The notes: generated by a model from the sequence alone, not told the origin. DNA of 64,000 nucleotides from an uncultured Thermoplasmata archaeon (GCA_963768855.1 CAVYJM010000006.1:960001-1024000); one strand, 5' to 3'; numbered from the stretch's first letter, positions 30,641 through 40,759 are shown. Made by a program: numbers and translations.

Positions 30641-31207
30641 GTGGTTTCGTTAAGTACGGGGCAACCGATACGGGGACGGGGGTATGGCTTGGAGCAGCGA
30701 CCAGTTGCAGCATTCATCCTGTCCATGTTGGGTGGCCTATTTCTCGAGGCGGGCACCATCGTCGGGTTCCTCACCTTGCCGACCTACTCCTCCTACCCGT
30801 ACAATCCCGCTCCCACATACTACAGCGTGTACCTGGGCACTGCTGCCGTGAGTGGGGCCCTCGTGCTGGTGGCCGCGGCGATGATGTACCTGCGCCCCCA
30901 GCTCCACATGGCGTGGGGGATCATGACCCTCGTGCTCTCGATCGCCGGCGCCTTCGGCGTGTTTGCCGGTCTATTCGCCGTCTTCGGCTCGATCGGGGTC
31001 GCGTTCGGGGTCATCGGGGGCGCGATGGCGGTCGGATGGGGGTCCGCAGGCTTTGGCGTGAGCGTTCCACCGGCTGCGGCCCGCATGTGCCCCGGATGCG
31101 GCCGCTACGTGCCGATGATGTTGCCCTATTGTGCCTACTGCGGCACGCCCGCCCCAACGGTCGGCCCTCCCAGATCGGGGACTGGAGCCCAACCGCCCGT
31201 CCCGTGA
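30641..31207 (+). CDS. Four-TM membrane protein with C-terminal zinc ribbon
   Basis: Hydrophobic helices followed by CPGC-x10-CAYC. Start uncertain. Confidence 0.65.
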   Translation: MVSLSTGQPIRGRGYGLEQRPVAAFILSMLGGLFLEAGTIVGFLTLPTYSSYPYNPAPTYYSVYLGTAAVSGALVLVAAAMMYLRPQLHMAWGIMTLVLSIAGAFGVFAGLFAVFGSIGVAFGVIGGAMAVGWGSAGFGVSVPPAAARMCPGCGRYVPMMLPYCAYCGTPAPTVGPPRSGTGAQPPVP

Positions 31208-31414
31208 CCGGATCGGGACCAAGACGTCAGTCAGAGGGCCCGCGGATCCGTTCCTCCCGGAGGCCCTGACTGAAGTCGACGCAGGATCCGGAGCTGTCGA
31301 GGGTCACGACGACGCTGAGCCGGCGCAGCGCGGTCGGTGCAAGCCCTGCGCAGATCCGGCAGGAGCGTCTCTGCATGAACGGGGGCGGCTTCGCGCTTTC
31401 GCCCATCCGGGGGC

Positions 31415-32560
31415 TCAGGTCCCGTGCAGGAGCTCGCGAGCGATGACGAGGCGTTGGACCTCGCTCGTCCCCTCGCCGATCTCCGTGAGCTTGGCGTCCC
31501 GCATCAGGCGCTCGACCGGATAGTCCTTGATGTATCCGTAGCCTCCGTGGATCTGGATCGCTTTGTTCGTGACGAACGAGGACATCTCGCTCGCGTAGAG
31601 CTTGGCCATGGCGGCCTGGCGCTTGAACGGGAGCTTGCGGTCCTTCCGCCAAGCCGCCTGCAGGACGAGGATCCGCGCGGCCTCGATCCGCATGGCCATA
31701 TCGGCGAGCATGAACTGGATCGCCTGGTGATCCGCGATGGGCTTCCCGAACTGGGTCCGTCCCTTCGCGTACTTGATGCTCTCCTCGAGCGCACCCTGCG
31801 CCAGGCCGACGGCCATCGCCCCGATGCCGATTCGCCCGTTGTCCAGGATGCGGAGCGCATTCACGAATCCCTTGTTCTCCTCCCCCAGGAGGGCGTCCGC
31901 GGGCACCTCGCAATCGTTCAGCAGGACCTGCGCGGTCCCGCTCGCGCGGACCCCGAGCTTGTCCTCGACCTTTCCGATCTCGAGCCCCGGGTTCCCTCGC
32001 TCGACGATGAAGGCGCTGATTCCCTTGTTGCCCTTCGACGGGTCCGTGATCGCCATGATGACGAACGTACCGGCCACGGGTGCGTTCGTGCAGAAGTTCT
32101 TCGCGCCGGTCAGGACCCAGCCGTGCGCCGTCTTCTTGGCCATCGTCTTCATCGCCGCCGCGTCGGATCCGCTGGACGGTTCCGTGAGCGCCCACGCGGC
32201 GAGCTTGCGGCCGCTGGCCAGCTCGGGCACATACCGCTTGCGCTGGGCGTCCGTGCCCGCGAGCCAGATGTTGCCCATGCCGAGAGTGTTGTGGGCGGAC
32301 ATGATGAGCGCATGGGAGCCGCAGATGCGTGCGACTTCCTCGAGCGCGATCGCGAAGGAGATCGTGTCGAGCCCGGCGCCCTCGAAGTCCGTCGGGATCG
32401 TCATGCCCATGAGGCCCAGGGACGCCATCCCCGCGACCGTCTTCGAGGGGAACTCGCCCGTGCGATCGTGGTAGGCGGCGACGGGGCGGATCTCCTTCTC
32501 GGCGAACTCGCGGACCGTCTTGCGGATCATCTCATGCTCTTCGCTGAAGTCGAAGTCCAT
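31415..32560 (-). CDS. Acyl-CoA dehydrogenase (short/branched-chain type)
   Basis: [67 protein letters not shown]. Confidence 0.95.
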   Translation of the reverse strand: MDFDFSEEHEMIRKTVREFAEKEIRPVAAYHDRTGEFPSKTVAGMASLGLMGMTIPTDFEGAGLDTISFAIALEEVARICGSHALIMSAHNTLGMGNIWLAGTDAQRKRYVPELASGRKLAAWALTEPSSGSDAAAMKTMAKKTAHGWVLTGAKNFCTNAPVAGTFVIMAITDPSKGNKGISAFIVERGNPGLEIGKVEDKLGVRASGTAQVLLNDCEVPADALLGEENKGFVNALRILDNGRIGIGAMAVGLAQGALEESIKYAKGRTQFGKPIADHQAIQFMLADMAMRIEAARILVLQAAWRKDRKLPFKRQAAMAKLYASEMSSFVTNKAIQIHGGYGYIKDYPVERLMRDAKLTEIGEGTSEVQRLVIARELLHGT

Positions 32561-32609
32561 GCTCAGCCCGGCTGGGCAATCGCCCTCTCGGGCTTGAGCC
32601 TTCGCCCCC

Positions 32610-33203
32610 TCAAGCAGGAGGGCGTCGCCGCCGATCCCCGAAATCGGTGAGATGGTCCCTGGAGGCCCGAAGGAGCTCGAGCGCGGCGTCATGCTCCTGC
32701 GTCACGTAGTCGATGATGTCCGCGTAGGCGCCCTTGCGATACAAGGCCGGCACGCGGGCCCCGGGCTCCTTGTCCGCGAACACGTGCAGGCTCGAGCCCG
32801 TGAACTGGCCGCGGTTCATCAGGATCAGGACGGGCTGCAAGTCGAGGTACGGCTTGGTGAACCAGTAATACTTCAGCGTGGCCATATCCCACTTAATCAG
32901 GTTCCACTTCGTCGCCCGCTCGATCAGGAAGGTCAGGTCGAAACGCAGGCGGTTCCCGACGGGCACGAAGTCCCAGTTCGGCTGGAGGATCCCCTTCTCC
33001 AGGATCAATCGGAGCATCTCCTTCTCGCCCCACTCCCACTCCACCATGATCTGGAACAGGCCGACGGGCTCGAGGCGATCATCGAGTTGGTGGAACTGGA
33101 CGGTGACGATCCGGTCCTGCTGCGGATCGTCCCCGGTGGTTTCCTGGTCGAAGTAGAACAGGGTCAGGGCGCCCGCCGGCACGAAGCAAGGCGGCGACGC
33201 CAC
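32610..33203 (-). CDS. RNase H-like / DnaQ-type exonuclease domain protein
   Basis: FYFDQETTG motif I, 'GNRLRFDL' motif II, 'YLDL', 'YVTQE'. Confidence 0.6.
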   Translation of the reverse strand: MASPPCFVPAGALTLFYFDQETTGDDPQQDRIVTVQFHQLDDRLEPVGLFQIMVEWEWGEKEMLRLILEKGILQPNWDFVPVGNRLRFDLTFLIERATKWNLIKWDMATLKYYWFTKPYLDLQPVLILMNRGQFTGSSLHVFADKEPGARVPALYRKGAYADIIDYVTQEHDAALELLRASRDHLTDFGDRRRRPPA

Positions 33204-33235
33204 TTAAGGGCTTCCGTCCGCCCTTCCTCCTGGAC

Positions 33236-33270
33236 TTAGGATGCCCTAACTCGGCCGGCGCCCAACCTAA
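33236..33270. promoter_or_regulatory. Candidate operator upstream of the sdh operon
   Basis: Palindrome TTAGG-ATGC-CCTAA at 33236-33249 plus a second half-site CCAACCTAA at 33262-33270. Confidence 0.35.
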
Positions 33271-33372
33271 GAAACACCGCATAATACCCATGTATATTCT
33301 TTCAGGGACTGCAAACACTTCATGGACGGCGGGGTCTAAGTCCTGCGACCCCTCCATTCGAACAGGGAGCCG

Positions 33373-35085
33373 ATGGAACGAATCGAGCATGACATCGTCG
33401 TGATAGGGTCGGGACTGGCGGGCCTCCGCGCGGCCCTCGAGGCGTCCCGAGTCAGCCACGGCCGGCTCGATGTCGGGATCGTCACGAAGACCCAGGCCAT
33501 GCGGTCCCACAGCGTCGCTGCGGAGGGCGGCACGGCCGCGGTCCTCTATCCAGACGAAGGGGACTCCTTCGATTCCCATGTCTGGGACACGGTCAAGGGT
33601 TCAGACTTCCTCGCGGACCAGGACGCGGTCGAGACGTTTGTCCACACGGCTCCCGAGGAGCTGCGCCTGCTCGAGCGCTGGGGCATGCCCTGGTCTCGCC
33701 GGGCGGACGGGCGAATCGCCCAGCGCCCCTTTGGCGGCCACGACTTCCCCCGCGCGACCTTCGCCGCGGACAAGGTCGGGTTCCTCGAGATGCAGACACT
33801 GTACGGGGCCATCCAAGCCTTCCCCAACGTTCACGTGCACCACGAGTGGTACGCGACCTCAATCCTCAAGGAGGCCGACCGGTTCGCGGGCATCACCGCG
33901 ATCGAGCTGAAGACGGGCAACCTCGTCACGGTCCGGGCTAAGGCCGGCATCCTGGCCACGGGCGGCGCGGGCCGCATCTACGGCTTCACGACGAACGGCC
34001 ACCACTCCACGGCGGACGGGCTGTACATGGCCTACCGCGCGGGCCTCGCGATCAAGGACCTCGAGTTCATCCAGTTCCATCCGACGGGTCTCGTGCCGAG
34101 CGGCATCTTGATCACGGAGGCTTCCCGCGGCGAGGGAGGCTACCTCGTGAACAAGGACGGCGAGCGCTTCATGAAGCACTACGCCGAGAAGAAGATGGAA
34201 CTCGCGCCCCGCGACGTGGTCTCCCGCAGCGAGATGACGGAGATCAACGAGGGCCGCGGCCTCGACGGCCCCGAGGGAATCAAGTGCGTGGGCCTCGACC
34301 TGCGCCACCTCGGGAAGGAGAAGATCCTCGAGCGGCTCCCGCAGATCCGCGAAGTGACGATGAAGTTCCTGGGCATCGACCCGGTCGACAACCTGATCCC
34401 GATCAAGCCGGCGGCCCACTTCACGATGGGGGGCGTCCACACGGACCAGAGGGGGGCCACGGAGCTCCGCGGCCTCTGGGCCGCGGGGGAGGCCGGATGC
34501 GTGAGCATCCACGGCGCGAACCGCCTCGGGTCCAACTCCACGTCGATCTGCCTCGTCTACGGCCGCATCACGGGCGCCGAGGCGGCGTACTACGTGAAGG
34601 GCTGGCAGGGAAACGGCCTGCCGAACGACCAGATCCTCGCCGAGGAGACCCGCCTCTTCGATGGAACGCTGAACGGCCGCGGGGACGCGAGCCCGTACGA
34701 GATTCGCGACCGCCTTCAGGAACTGATGGATCGCGATGCCTACGTGTTCCGGTCGGGCGAGGCCTTGGCCCGCGCGCTGCGGGAGATCCGCGCTCTGAAG
34801 GAAGAGGCGTACCGCAACGTCGGGGACAAGGAGCACGAGTACAACACGAACTTCCTCCACGTGCTCGAGCTCGATTCCCTGTTGAACGCTGCAGAGATCG
34901 TCGTCACGGGCGCCCTCGCCCGCCAGGAGAGCCGGGGGGCGCACACCCGCCTAGACTTCCCCAAGCGCGACGACGTGCACTGGCTCCAGCACACGCTCGC
35001 CCACCGCGGTCCCGATGGCGCGCCGCGGCTGAGTTACGTCCCCGTCACGATCACGAAGCACCAGCCCGTGGAGAGGAAGTATTGA
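33373..35085 (+). CDS. sdhA: Succinate dehydrogenase/fumarate reductase flavoprotein subunit
   Basis: IGSGLAG; FAD-His motif RSHSVAAEGG; QFHPTG; TEASRGEGG; HGANRLGSNS; ESRGAH. Confidence 0.97.
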   Translation: MERIEHDIVVIGSGLAGLRAALEASRVSHGRLDVGIVTKTQAMRSHSVAAEGGTAAVLYPDEGDSFDSHVWDTVKGSDFLADQDAVETFVHTAPEELRLLERWGMPWSRRADGRIAQRPFGGHDFPRATFAADKVGFLEMQTLYGAIQAFPNVHVHHEWYATSILKEADRFAGITAIELKTGNLVTVRAKAGILATGGAGRIYGFTTNGHHSTADGLYMAYRAGLAIKDLEFIQFHPTGLVPSGILITEASRGEGGYLVNKDGERFMKHYAEKKMELAPRDVVSRSEMTEINEGRGLDGPEGIKCVGLDLRHLGKEKILERLPQIREVTMKFLGIDPVDNLIPIKPAAHFTMGGVHTDQRGATELRGLWAAGEAGCVSIHGANRLGSNSTSICLVYGRITGAEAAYYVKGWQGNGLPNDQILAEETRLFDGTLNGRGDASPYEIRDRLQELMDRDAYVFRSGEALARALREIRALKEEAYRNVGDKEHEYNTNFLHVLELDSLLNAAEIVVTGALARQESRGAHTRLDFPKRDDVHWLQHTLAHRGPDGAPRLSYVPVTITKHQPVERKY

Positions 35086-35086
35086 C

Positions 35087-35581
35087 ATGTCCGATGCGAT
35101 CGTCTCCGTCGAGAAAGCGAAGGCCCCGAAGAAGGACCTGATCACGACCCAGGTAAGGTGGGGCTTCAGCCGCCCGCTCAACCTGGAGAAGCTCGCCCTC
35201 CTCGCGCAGCGCGTCTCCGGCGTCGGCATCCTCGTCTACCTGTTCTTCCACATCTTCGTGACGGGAAGCATCGTGGGCGGCCCCGACGGGGTCCCTGGGG
35301 GCCAGGACGTCTTCGAGGGACTCATGGGCATGCTCTTCAACCCGCTCGCGCACATCGGGGAGCTGCTCGTCGTGGTGGGGGCCACGTTCCACGGGATCAA
35401 CGGGATCCGCGTGATGCTCCTCGAGCTCACCCGGCTCGTCGGCCACCCGATCCGCCCTGATTATCCGTACAAGACCCAGATGCTGGGCAAGGGGCAGCAA
35501 TCGATCCTGCTCACCGCGATGATCATGGCGAGCCTCTCGGCGATCGCGGGCGTCTTCATCCTGTTCCTGGGGGCGGCCTGA
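35087..35581 (+). CDS. sdhC: Succinate dehydrogenase cytochrome b subunit
   Basis: QRVSG...FFHI; FHGINGIR heme-ligand motifs. Confidence 0.85.
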   Translation: MSDAIVSVEKAKAPKKDLITTQVRWGFSRPLNLEKLALLAQRVSGVGILVYLFFHIFVTGSIVGGPDGVPGGQDVFEGLMGMLFNPLAHIGELLVVVGATFHGINGIRVMLLELTRLVGHPIRPDYPYKTQMLGKGQQSILLTAMIMASLSAIAGVFILFLGAA

Positions 35582-35931
35582 TGAAGGAGTCCACGCTGAC
35601 CCTGGTCAACTACATCATGATCCTGGCGCTCCTCGTCACCCTCGCTCTCCACCTCGCAATGCAGGCGTTCCTCGGCGTAACTGGCTACGCGGACGCGCTC
35701 AGCTACCAGACCGCCCTCGCGCGATACCGCGACGCCCTCTCGGTCAGCCTCCTCACGATCCTCCTGATTGCCGCCACGTACCACGGGCTCTTCGGCCTGC
35801 GCAACATCCTCCTGGAATGGCGTCCCGGCAAGCATTGGCATGGGGCCGTGACCGGCATCACCCTCGGCCTCGCGGTCGTCATGCTCGGCTGGGGCATGCG
35901 GACGATCCTCTTCGCGTTCGGGGGGTTCTGA
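35581..35931 (+). CDS. sdhD: Succinate dehydrogenase membrane anchor
   Basis: Three TM helices; LH and YHGLFGLRNIL motifs. Confidence 0.8.
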   Translation: MKESTLTLVNYIMILALLVTLALHLAMQAFLGVTGYADALSYQTALARYRDALSVSLLTILLIAATYHGLFGLRNILLEWRPGKHWHGAVTGITLGLAVVMLGWGMRTILFAFGGF

Positions 35932-35945
35932 GCGTGGTCCTCACG

Positions 35946-36749
35946 ATGCAGGAGCCGCCCAAGAAAGAGGAGACCGTCATCAAGATCGAGCCGGTCTCCC
36001 AGGAGAAGCTCGTCTCGAACCCCCAGACGATCCTCCTCGCCGTGTTCCGGTACAACCCGAACGTCCGGGGCGACAAGCCGCGCATGGTCACGTACCGCGT
36101 GCCGGTGTCGAAGGGCCTTACCGTGCTCGACGCCCTCCTCTGGGTGAAGGAGCACGTCGACAACGGCCTCTCGTTCCGCTACTCTTGCCGGATGGGCATC
36201 TGCGGATCCTGCGGCATGCTGATCAACGGCAAGCCGATGCTCGGCTGCGAGACGCAGATCGCGGAGCTCGGGACCGACGTGGTCGAGATTGGCCCGTTGA
36301 ACAACTACGAGGTCATCCGGGACGTCGCCACGGACTTCACGGACTTCTTCTCCCACCACAACCGGATCCGGCCCTACCTGATCCGCAAGGAGAATGGGGA
36401 CGGCAAGCCGATCGAGAAGGAGCTCCTCCAGTCCGAGGAGCAGAAGCTCGAGTACTACCAGTTCACGATGTGTATCATGTGCGGGCTGTGCGATGCCGCC
36501 TGCCCGATTGTCGGGATGGACAAGGACTTCCTCGGACCCCAGGCGCTCGCGCAGGCGTACCGGTTCGCGGTCGACTCCCGCGATCAGGGGTGGCCCGAGC
36601 GCGCCGAGGTTGTCGACTCCCCGCACGGATGCTTCCGGTGCGAGCTCGCGGGCTCTTGCAGCGCCGTCTGCCCGAAGGGCGTCGACCCGGGGATGGGCGT
36701 CCAGCTCCTGAAGCGGCACGTGATGCACCGGAAGGTCGGCATCGCCTAG
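35946..36749 (+). CDS. sdhB: Succinate dehydrogenase iron-sulfur subunit
   Basis: SCRMGICGSC..C [2Fe-2S]; CIMCGLCDAACP; CFRCELAGSCSAVCP. Confidence 0.95.
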   Translation: MQEPPKKEETVIKIEPVSQEKLVSNPQTILLAVFRYNPNVRGDKPRMVTYRVPVSKGLTVLDALLWVKEHVDNGLSFRYSCRMGICGSCGMLINGKPMLGCETQIAELGTDVVEIGPLNNYEVIRDVATDFTDFFSHHNRIRPYLIRKENGDGKPIEKELLQSEEQKLEYYQFTMCIMCGLCDAACPIVGMDKDFLGPQALAQAYRFAVDSRDQGWPERAEVVDSPHGCFRCELAGSCSAVCPKGVDPGMGVQLLKRHVMHRKVGIA

Positions 36750-36831
36750 CCGCGCACCCTTCGTCGTGCGACAGTCTTTTGTGGGAAAGGGCGATTCCCC
36801 GCCTCGGGCAGAGAGTCCACGAGGGAGGAGC

Positions 36832-37983
36832 ATGCGAGTGGGCATCATCGGGGTTGGGATGACGGCGTTTCGGCCGTCGACGCCGGAGTACAGCTGGAAG
36901 GAACTCATGTTCGAGGCCGCATCCCGCGCCTACGCGGATGCGGGTCTGAATCCTCGCACCGACGTGGACTCGTTCATCACGTGCGCGGAAGACTACTACG
37001 AAGGGTTTGGCATCTTCGACGAGTTCGTCCCGGATCAGTTGGGCGCGGCGCTGCGGCCCACCTGCACCGTTTCAGGAGACGGCCTCCACGGGCTCGCCTC
37101 CGCCTTCATGCAGATCCAGGCAGGCGTCGTGGACGTCGTCGCGGTCGAGGCGCACAGCAAAGCCTCGGACATCGTCAGCCTCGAGGGGATCGTGGAGCAG
37201 GGTCTCGACCCGATCTGGAATCGCCCCCTGGGCGCCCACCCCTACGTGTTCGCGGGGTTGGAGGCGGACGCGTACCTGCGTTCGAGCCACACCCCGCGGA
37301 AGGCCCTCGCCTCGGTCGTCGCGAAGAACCGCCGGAACGGCCTGCTGAATCCCTTGGCCGCCTACGGCGCCGCAGTCGACGAGGCGCAGGCGGCGAGCGC
37401 TCCCGAGCGGTTCACTCCCCTCCGGTCCCTGGACATCAGCGACCCTGCGGACGGCGCGGTCGTCCTCGTCGTGGCGTCCGAGCGGGCCGCGAGGAAGTTC
37501 CACGCCAATCCCGTCTGGGTCCGCGGCATCGGCTGGGCGAACGACTCGCCGACCTTCGAGACGCGAATCTTTGCCGAGGCGTGGTACGCTGAACTCGCGG
37601 CCCAGATGGCCTACAAGCTCGCGAAGGTCCGCCGGCCGTCCACCGAGTTCGACCTCGCCGAGGTCGACGACCGGTTCTCCCACAAGGAGTTGCAGCACCT
37701 CGAGGCGGTCGGCCTGGTGAAGAGCGGCGAGGCCGGCCGGCGCGCGATGAGGGGCGACTTCGCCCTAGAGGGCAAGCTGCCCGTCAACGCCTCGGGCGGA
37801 TCCCTGGGCTGCGGGAACGTGTTCGAGGCCACGGGGCTGCACCGGGCCGCCGAGGTCACGCTGCAGCTGCGAGGCGAGGCGGGTCGCCACCAGGTCGACG
37901 GCGCCCGGCTAGGACTCGCGCAGTCCTGGCGGTTCGTTCCGTCCGCGAGCGGAGCCGTCGCGGTCCTGGGGGTGGGAAAGTGA
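36832..37983 (+). CDS. Thiolase-fold protein (SCP-x/Ltp2-like), copy 1
   Basis: GIIGVGMT; NPLAAYG; DGAVVLVVASE; VNASGG. The canonical nucleophile Cys and GHP His are absent. Confidence 0.85.
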   Translation: MRVGIIGVGMTAFRPSTPEYSWKELMFEAASRAYADAGLNPRTDVDSFITCAEDYYEGFGIFDEFVPDQLGAALRPTCTVSGDGLHGLASAFMQIQAGVVDVVAVEAHSKASDIVSLEGIVEQGLDPIWNRPLGAHPYVFAGLEADAYLRSSHTPRKALASVVAKNRRNGLLNPLAAYGAAVDEAQAASAPERFTPLRSLDISDPADGAVVLVVASERAARKFHANPVWVRGIGWANDSPTFETRIFAEAWYAELAAQMAYKLAKVRRPSTEFDLAEVDDRFSHKELQHLEAVGLVKSGEAGRRAMRGDFALEGKLPVNASGGSLGCGNVFEATGLHRAAEVTLQLRGEAGRHQVDGARLGLAQSWRFVPSASGAVAVLGVGK

Positions 37984-39143
37984 GGAAGGTCGGCGTCATC
38001 GGCGCGGGGATGACCCTGTTCCGGAGGCGCTTGCAGGACACTCCGAAGGAACTCTGCTACGAGGCCGCAAAGATGGCCCTCGATTCCGCGGGGATCACCC
38101 TCGCCGACGTGAACATGGTCGTGAGCGGCTCCGCTCCCGACGCGTTCGACGGCGTGCACATGAAGGGCGAGTACTACGCGGACGGTTGCGGGGCCCGTGG
38201 ACGCCCGTACATGCGCGTGTACACGGGTGGAGGCACGGGGGTCTTCAGCACGATCGCGGGCTGGTGGCACGTGGCCTCCGGGCTCGCAGACGTCGCGCTC
38301 GTCGTGAATGAGGAGAAGATGTCCCCCTGCCAGCCGCACGCGCAGAGCGTCTTCGGCCATATCTGGGACCCGATCCTCGACCGGCCGCTGAAGCCGAACC
38401 TGGTGTGGATCTTCGCGATGGAGATGAACCGCTACATGACGATCTACCACGTGAAGAAGGAGGACATCGCCCTCGTCGCCGTGAAGAACAAGCGGAACGC
38501 CGTTGGCCATCCGTGCGCGCAGCTCGCGGACCCGAACATCACCGTGGAGGACGTGATGAACAGCGAGGTCATGGCCTGGCCCGTGAACCGGCTGGACATC
38601 AGCCCGCCGAGCGACGGCGCGTCCGCGGTCGTCATGGCCTCGGAGGACTTCATCCGCAAGCGCAAGGTGCAGGACAAGGCCTGGGTCAACGGCGTCGGGT
38701 GGTGCATCGACTCCACGATGTGGACCGACCGCGACCTGGTCTTCCCCGAATACGTCGCGCGCGCCGCGAAGATGGCCTACAAGCAGGCCCGGATCGACCG
38801 GCCGCCGAAGCAGATCGATTTCGCGGAGCCGTACGATCCCTTCGACTACAAGGAGCTGCACCACATGGAGGGCCTGCTCCTCGCGAAGAAGGGGGAGGCG
38901 CCCAAGCTCACGAAGGAGGGCGTCACCCAACGGGACGGGGACCTGCCCACCTGCCCGTCGGGCGGCCTCCTCGGCGTCGGCAACCCGATCGCGGCGACGA
39001 TGGGCATCAAGATCGGGGAGCTCTTCTGGCAGCTGACCGGCCAGGCGGGCAAACGCCAGATCCCGAATGAGGTCCACACGGGGGTGGCCCAGGCGTGGGG
39101 CGATCTCATGCAATACGGTTCCGTGGTGGTGATGCGCGCATGA
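37980..39143 (+). CDS. Thiolase-fold protein (SCP-x/Ltp2-like), copy 2
   Basis: GVIGAGMT; SPPSDGASAVV; AEPYDPF; PSGGLLGVGNP. Confidence 0.85.
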   Translation: MRKVGVIGAGMTLFRRRLQDTPKELCYEAAKMALDSAGITLADVNMVVSGSAPDAFDGVHMKGEYYADGCGARGRPYMRVYTGGGTGVFSTIAGWWHVASGLADVALVVNEEKMSPCQPHAQSVFGHIWDPILDRPLKPNLVWIFAMEMNRYMTIYHVKKEDIALVAVKNKRNAVGHPCAQLADPNITVEDVMNSEVMAWPVNRLDISPPSDGASAVVMASEDFIRKRKVQDKAWVNGVGWCIDSTMWTDRDLVFPEYVARAAKMAYKQARIDRPPKQIDFAEPYDPFDYKELHHMEGLLLAKKGEAPKLTKEGVTQRDGDLPTCPSGGLLGVGNPIAATMGIKIGELFWQLTGQAGKRQIPNEVHTGVAQAWGDLMQYGSVVVMRA

Positions 39144-39661
39144 CCTCCCGGATCGCGAAGTTCCCGGGCGTCGAGCTCGGGTCCAAGGAGTTCTACGAAG
39201 GAAAGGTCACCCAGGTCCGCTCCCGACCCGATGCGAGATATGAGTTCTCCGCGGGCGAGGCGATCAGCCGCTTCCTGGAGGAACTGCAGAAGGGCAAGCT
39301 CATCGCCCGGACCTGCAAAGGCTGCGACCGGATCCTCTTCCCGCCCCGGATGTTCTGCGAGGAGTGCTACCGACCCACGGACGAGTGGCGGTACATCCGC
39401 GACACGGGCACGATCGAGACATTCTCGATTTCGTACCTGGATCAGGACGCGAAACGCATCACGGACCCGATCCTCGTCGGGGTCGTGAGCCTGGACGGCG
39501 CGTCGCCCAAAATGGGGATGATGCACTACTTCGGGGAGATGACGAAGGACGAGATCCAGATCGGCATGAAGGTGAAGGCCGTGTGGAAACCCGCCGAGGA
39601 GCGGAAGGGGAGCGTGCTCGACATCCGCTACTTCCGCCCATTGCGGGAGGGGGAAGCATGA
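39140..39661 (+). CDS. DUF35 Zn-ribbon/OB-fold protein, copy 1
   Basis: CKGC....PPRMFCEEC; IGMKVKAVW. Confidence 0.88.
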   Translation: MTSRIAKFPGVELGSKEFYEGKVTQVRSRPDARYEFSAGEAISRFLEELQKGKLIARTCKGCDRILFPPRMFCEECYRPTDEWRYIRDTGTIETFSISYLDQDAKRITDPILVGVVSLDGASPKMGMMHYFGEMTKDEIQIGMKVKAVWKPAEERKGSVLDIRYFRPLREGEA

Positions 39662-40143
39662 CCTTCCTCGAGCGTACCACGGACTCGAAGCGCCTGCGGC
39701 ATGTGGGCGTCGACATGTCCATGGACTACATCTACACGAGCGGGATCGCCGGGGAGACGTTCTTCAAGGCGCTGCGGGACGAGGGACGCATCCTCGCCGT
39801 GCACTGTCCTGTCTGCAAGGTGAACCAGCTCCCGCCTCGCATGTTCTGCGAGCGGTGCTTCACGGAGCTCAAGGAGTTCGTCGATGTCCCGCCGGAGGGC
39901 CGGGTCGCCACCGTCACCGTGTCCCGGGTCGATCGCCGCGGTCGTCCTCTCCCCGCGCCCGAGGTCTATGCCTTCGTCACGTTCAAGGGCATCCAGGAGG
40001 GCGGGCTGATCCACCGGCTCCTCGTGGTGCCGGAGCGGGCGAAGGTCGGGCTCGCCGTGCGGCCGCAGCTCAAGCCAAGAGAGGCCCGAACGGGCACGAT
40101 CCTCGATATCGAAGGATTCGCGCCGGTGGCTTCCCAGCCGTGA
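39658..40143 (+). CDS. DUF35 Zn-ribbon/OB-fold protein, copy 2
   Basis: CPVC....PPRMFCERC; OB-fold C-terminal half. Confidence 0.88.
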   Translation: MTFLERTTDSKRLRHVGVDMSMDYIYTSGIAGETFFKALRDEGRILAVHCPVCKVNQLPPRMFCERCFTELKEFVDVPPEGRVATVTVSRVDRRGRPLPAPEVYAFVTFKGIQEGGLIHRLLVVPERAKVGLAVRPQLKPREARTGTILDIEGFAPVASQP

Positions 40144-40210
40144 GAATGGAGGCCAAGGCGTTATAAGCCGAGGGCTGGTATCAGCTCGGAGAACGTCCGG
40201 GAGGCCTCGG

Positions 40211-40759
40211 ATGGAAACCGAGTCGAAGACCTACAAATTCAAGATCTGCTTGGTCGGCGAAGAGGGCGTCGGGAAGACGAGCCTCATCCACCGGTTCGTC
40301 TCCGGGGCGTTCGACGAGTCGTACATCCGGACCCTCGGGGCGGTCGTCTCGAAGAAGACGGTGAGCCTCGGGAGCCTGGAGGGCCGGCCCGTGAGCGTGG
40401 ACATGGTCATCCTCGACATCATGGGCAAGCGTACGTTCCTGCAGCTGTTCAAGGAGGCCTACTTCCACGGCGCGAAGGGCATCCTCGCCGTCTTCGACGT
40501 GACGAAGGGGTCGTCCCTCCGCGACCTCACGAAGTGGATCGACGGTGTGCGCGATTCCGTGGGACCGATCCCGGTCTATGCGCTCGGCAACAAGGCGGAT
40601 CTCTCGGAGCGGCGCGAGACGACGGATGACGAAGCGTCCGAGACGCTCCGGTCCTACGAGTGCCCGATCCTGTATACATCCGCGAAGACGGGCGACAACG
40701 TCGAGCAGGCCTTCCAGAGCCTCGCGAAGACGATCGTCGAGACGACGAAGCCGGACTGA
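40211..40759 (+). CDS. Rab/Ras-like small GTPase
   Basis: G1 GEEGVGKTS, G2 YIRTLG, G3 DIMG, G4 NKAD, G5 TSAKTG. Confidence 0.9.
   Translation: METESKTYKFKICLVGEEGVGKTSLIHRFVSGAFDESYIRTLGAVVSKKTVSLGSLEGRPVSVDMVILDIMGKRTFLQLFKEAYFHGAKGILAVFDVTKGSSLRDLTKWIDGVRDSVGPIPVYALGNKADLSERRETTDDEASETLRSYECPILYTSAKTGDNVEQAFQSLAKTIVETTKPD

Noticed and set aside
31227-31406. Possible 59-aa CxxC ORF (MGESAKPP..CRIC..) or hairpin RNA between convergent genes
   Set aside because: No SD or family support. The imperfect inverted repeat (about 31228-31272) is compatible with a terminator or with chance at this GC content.
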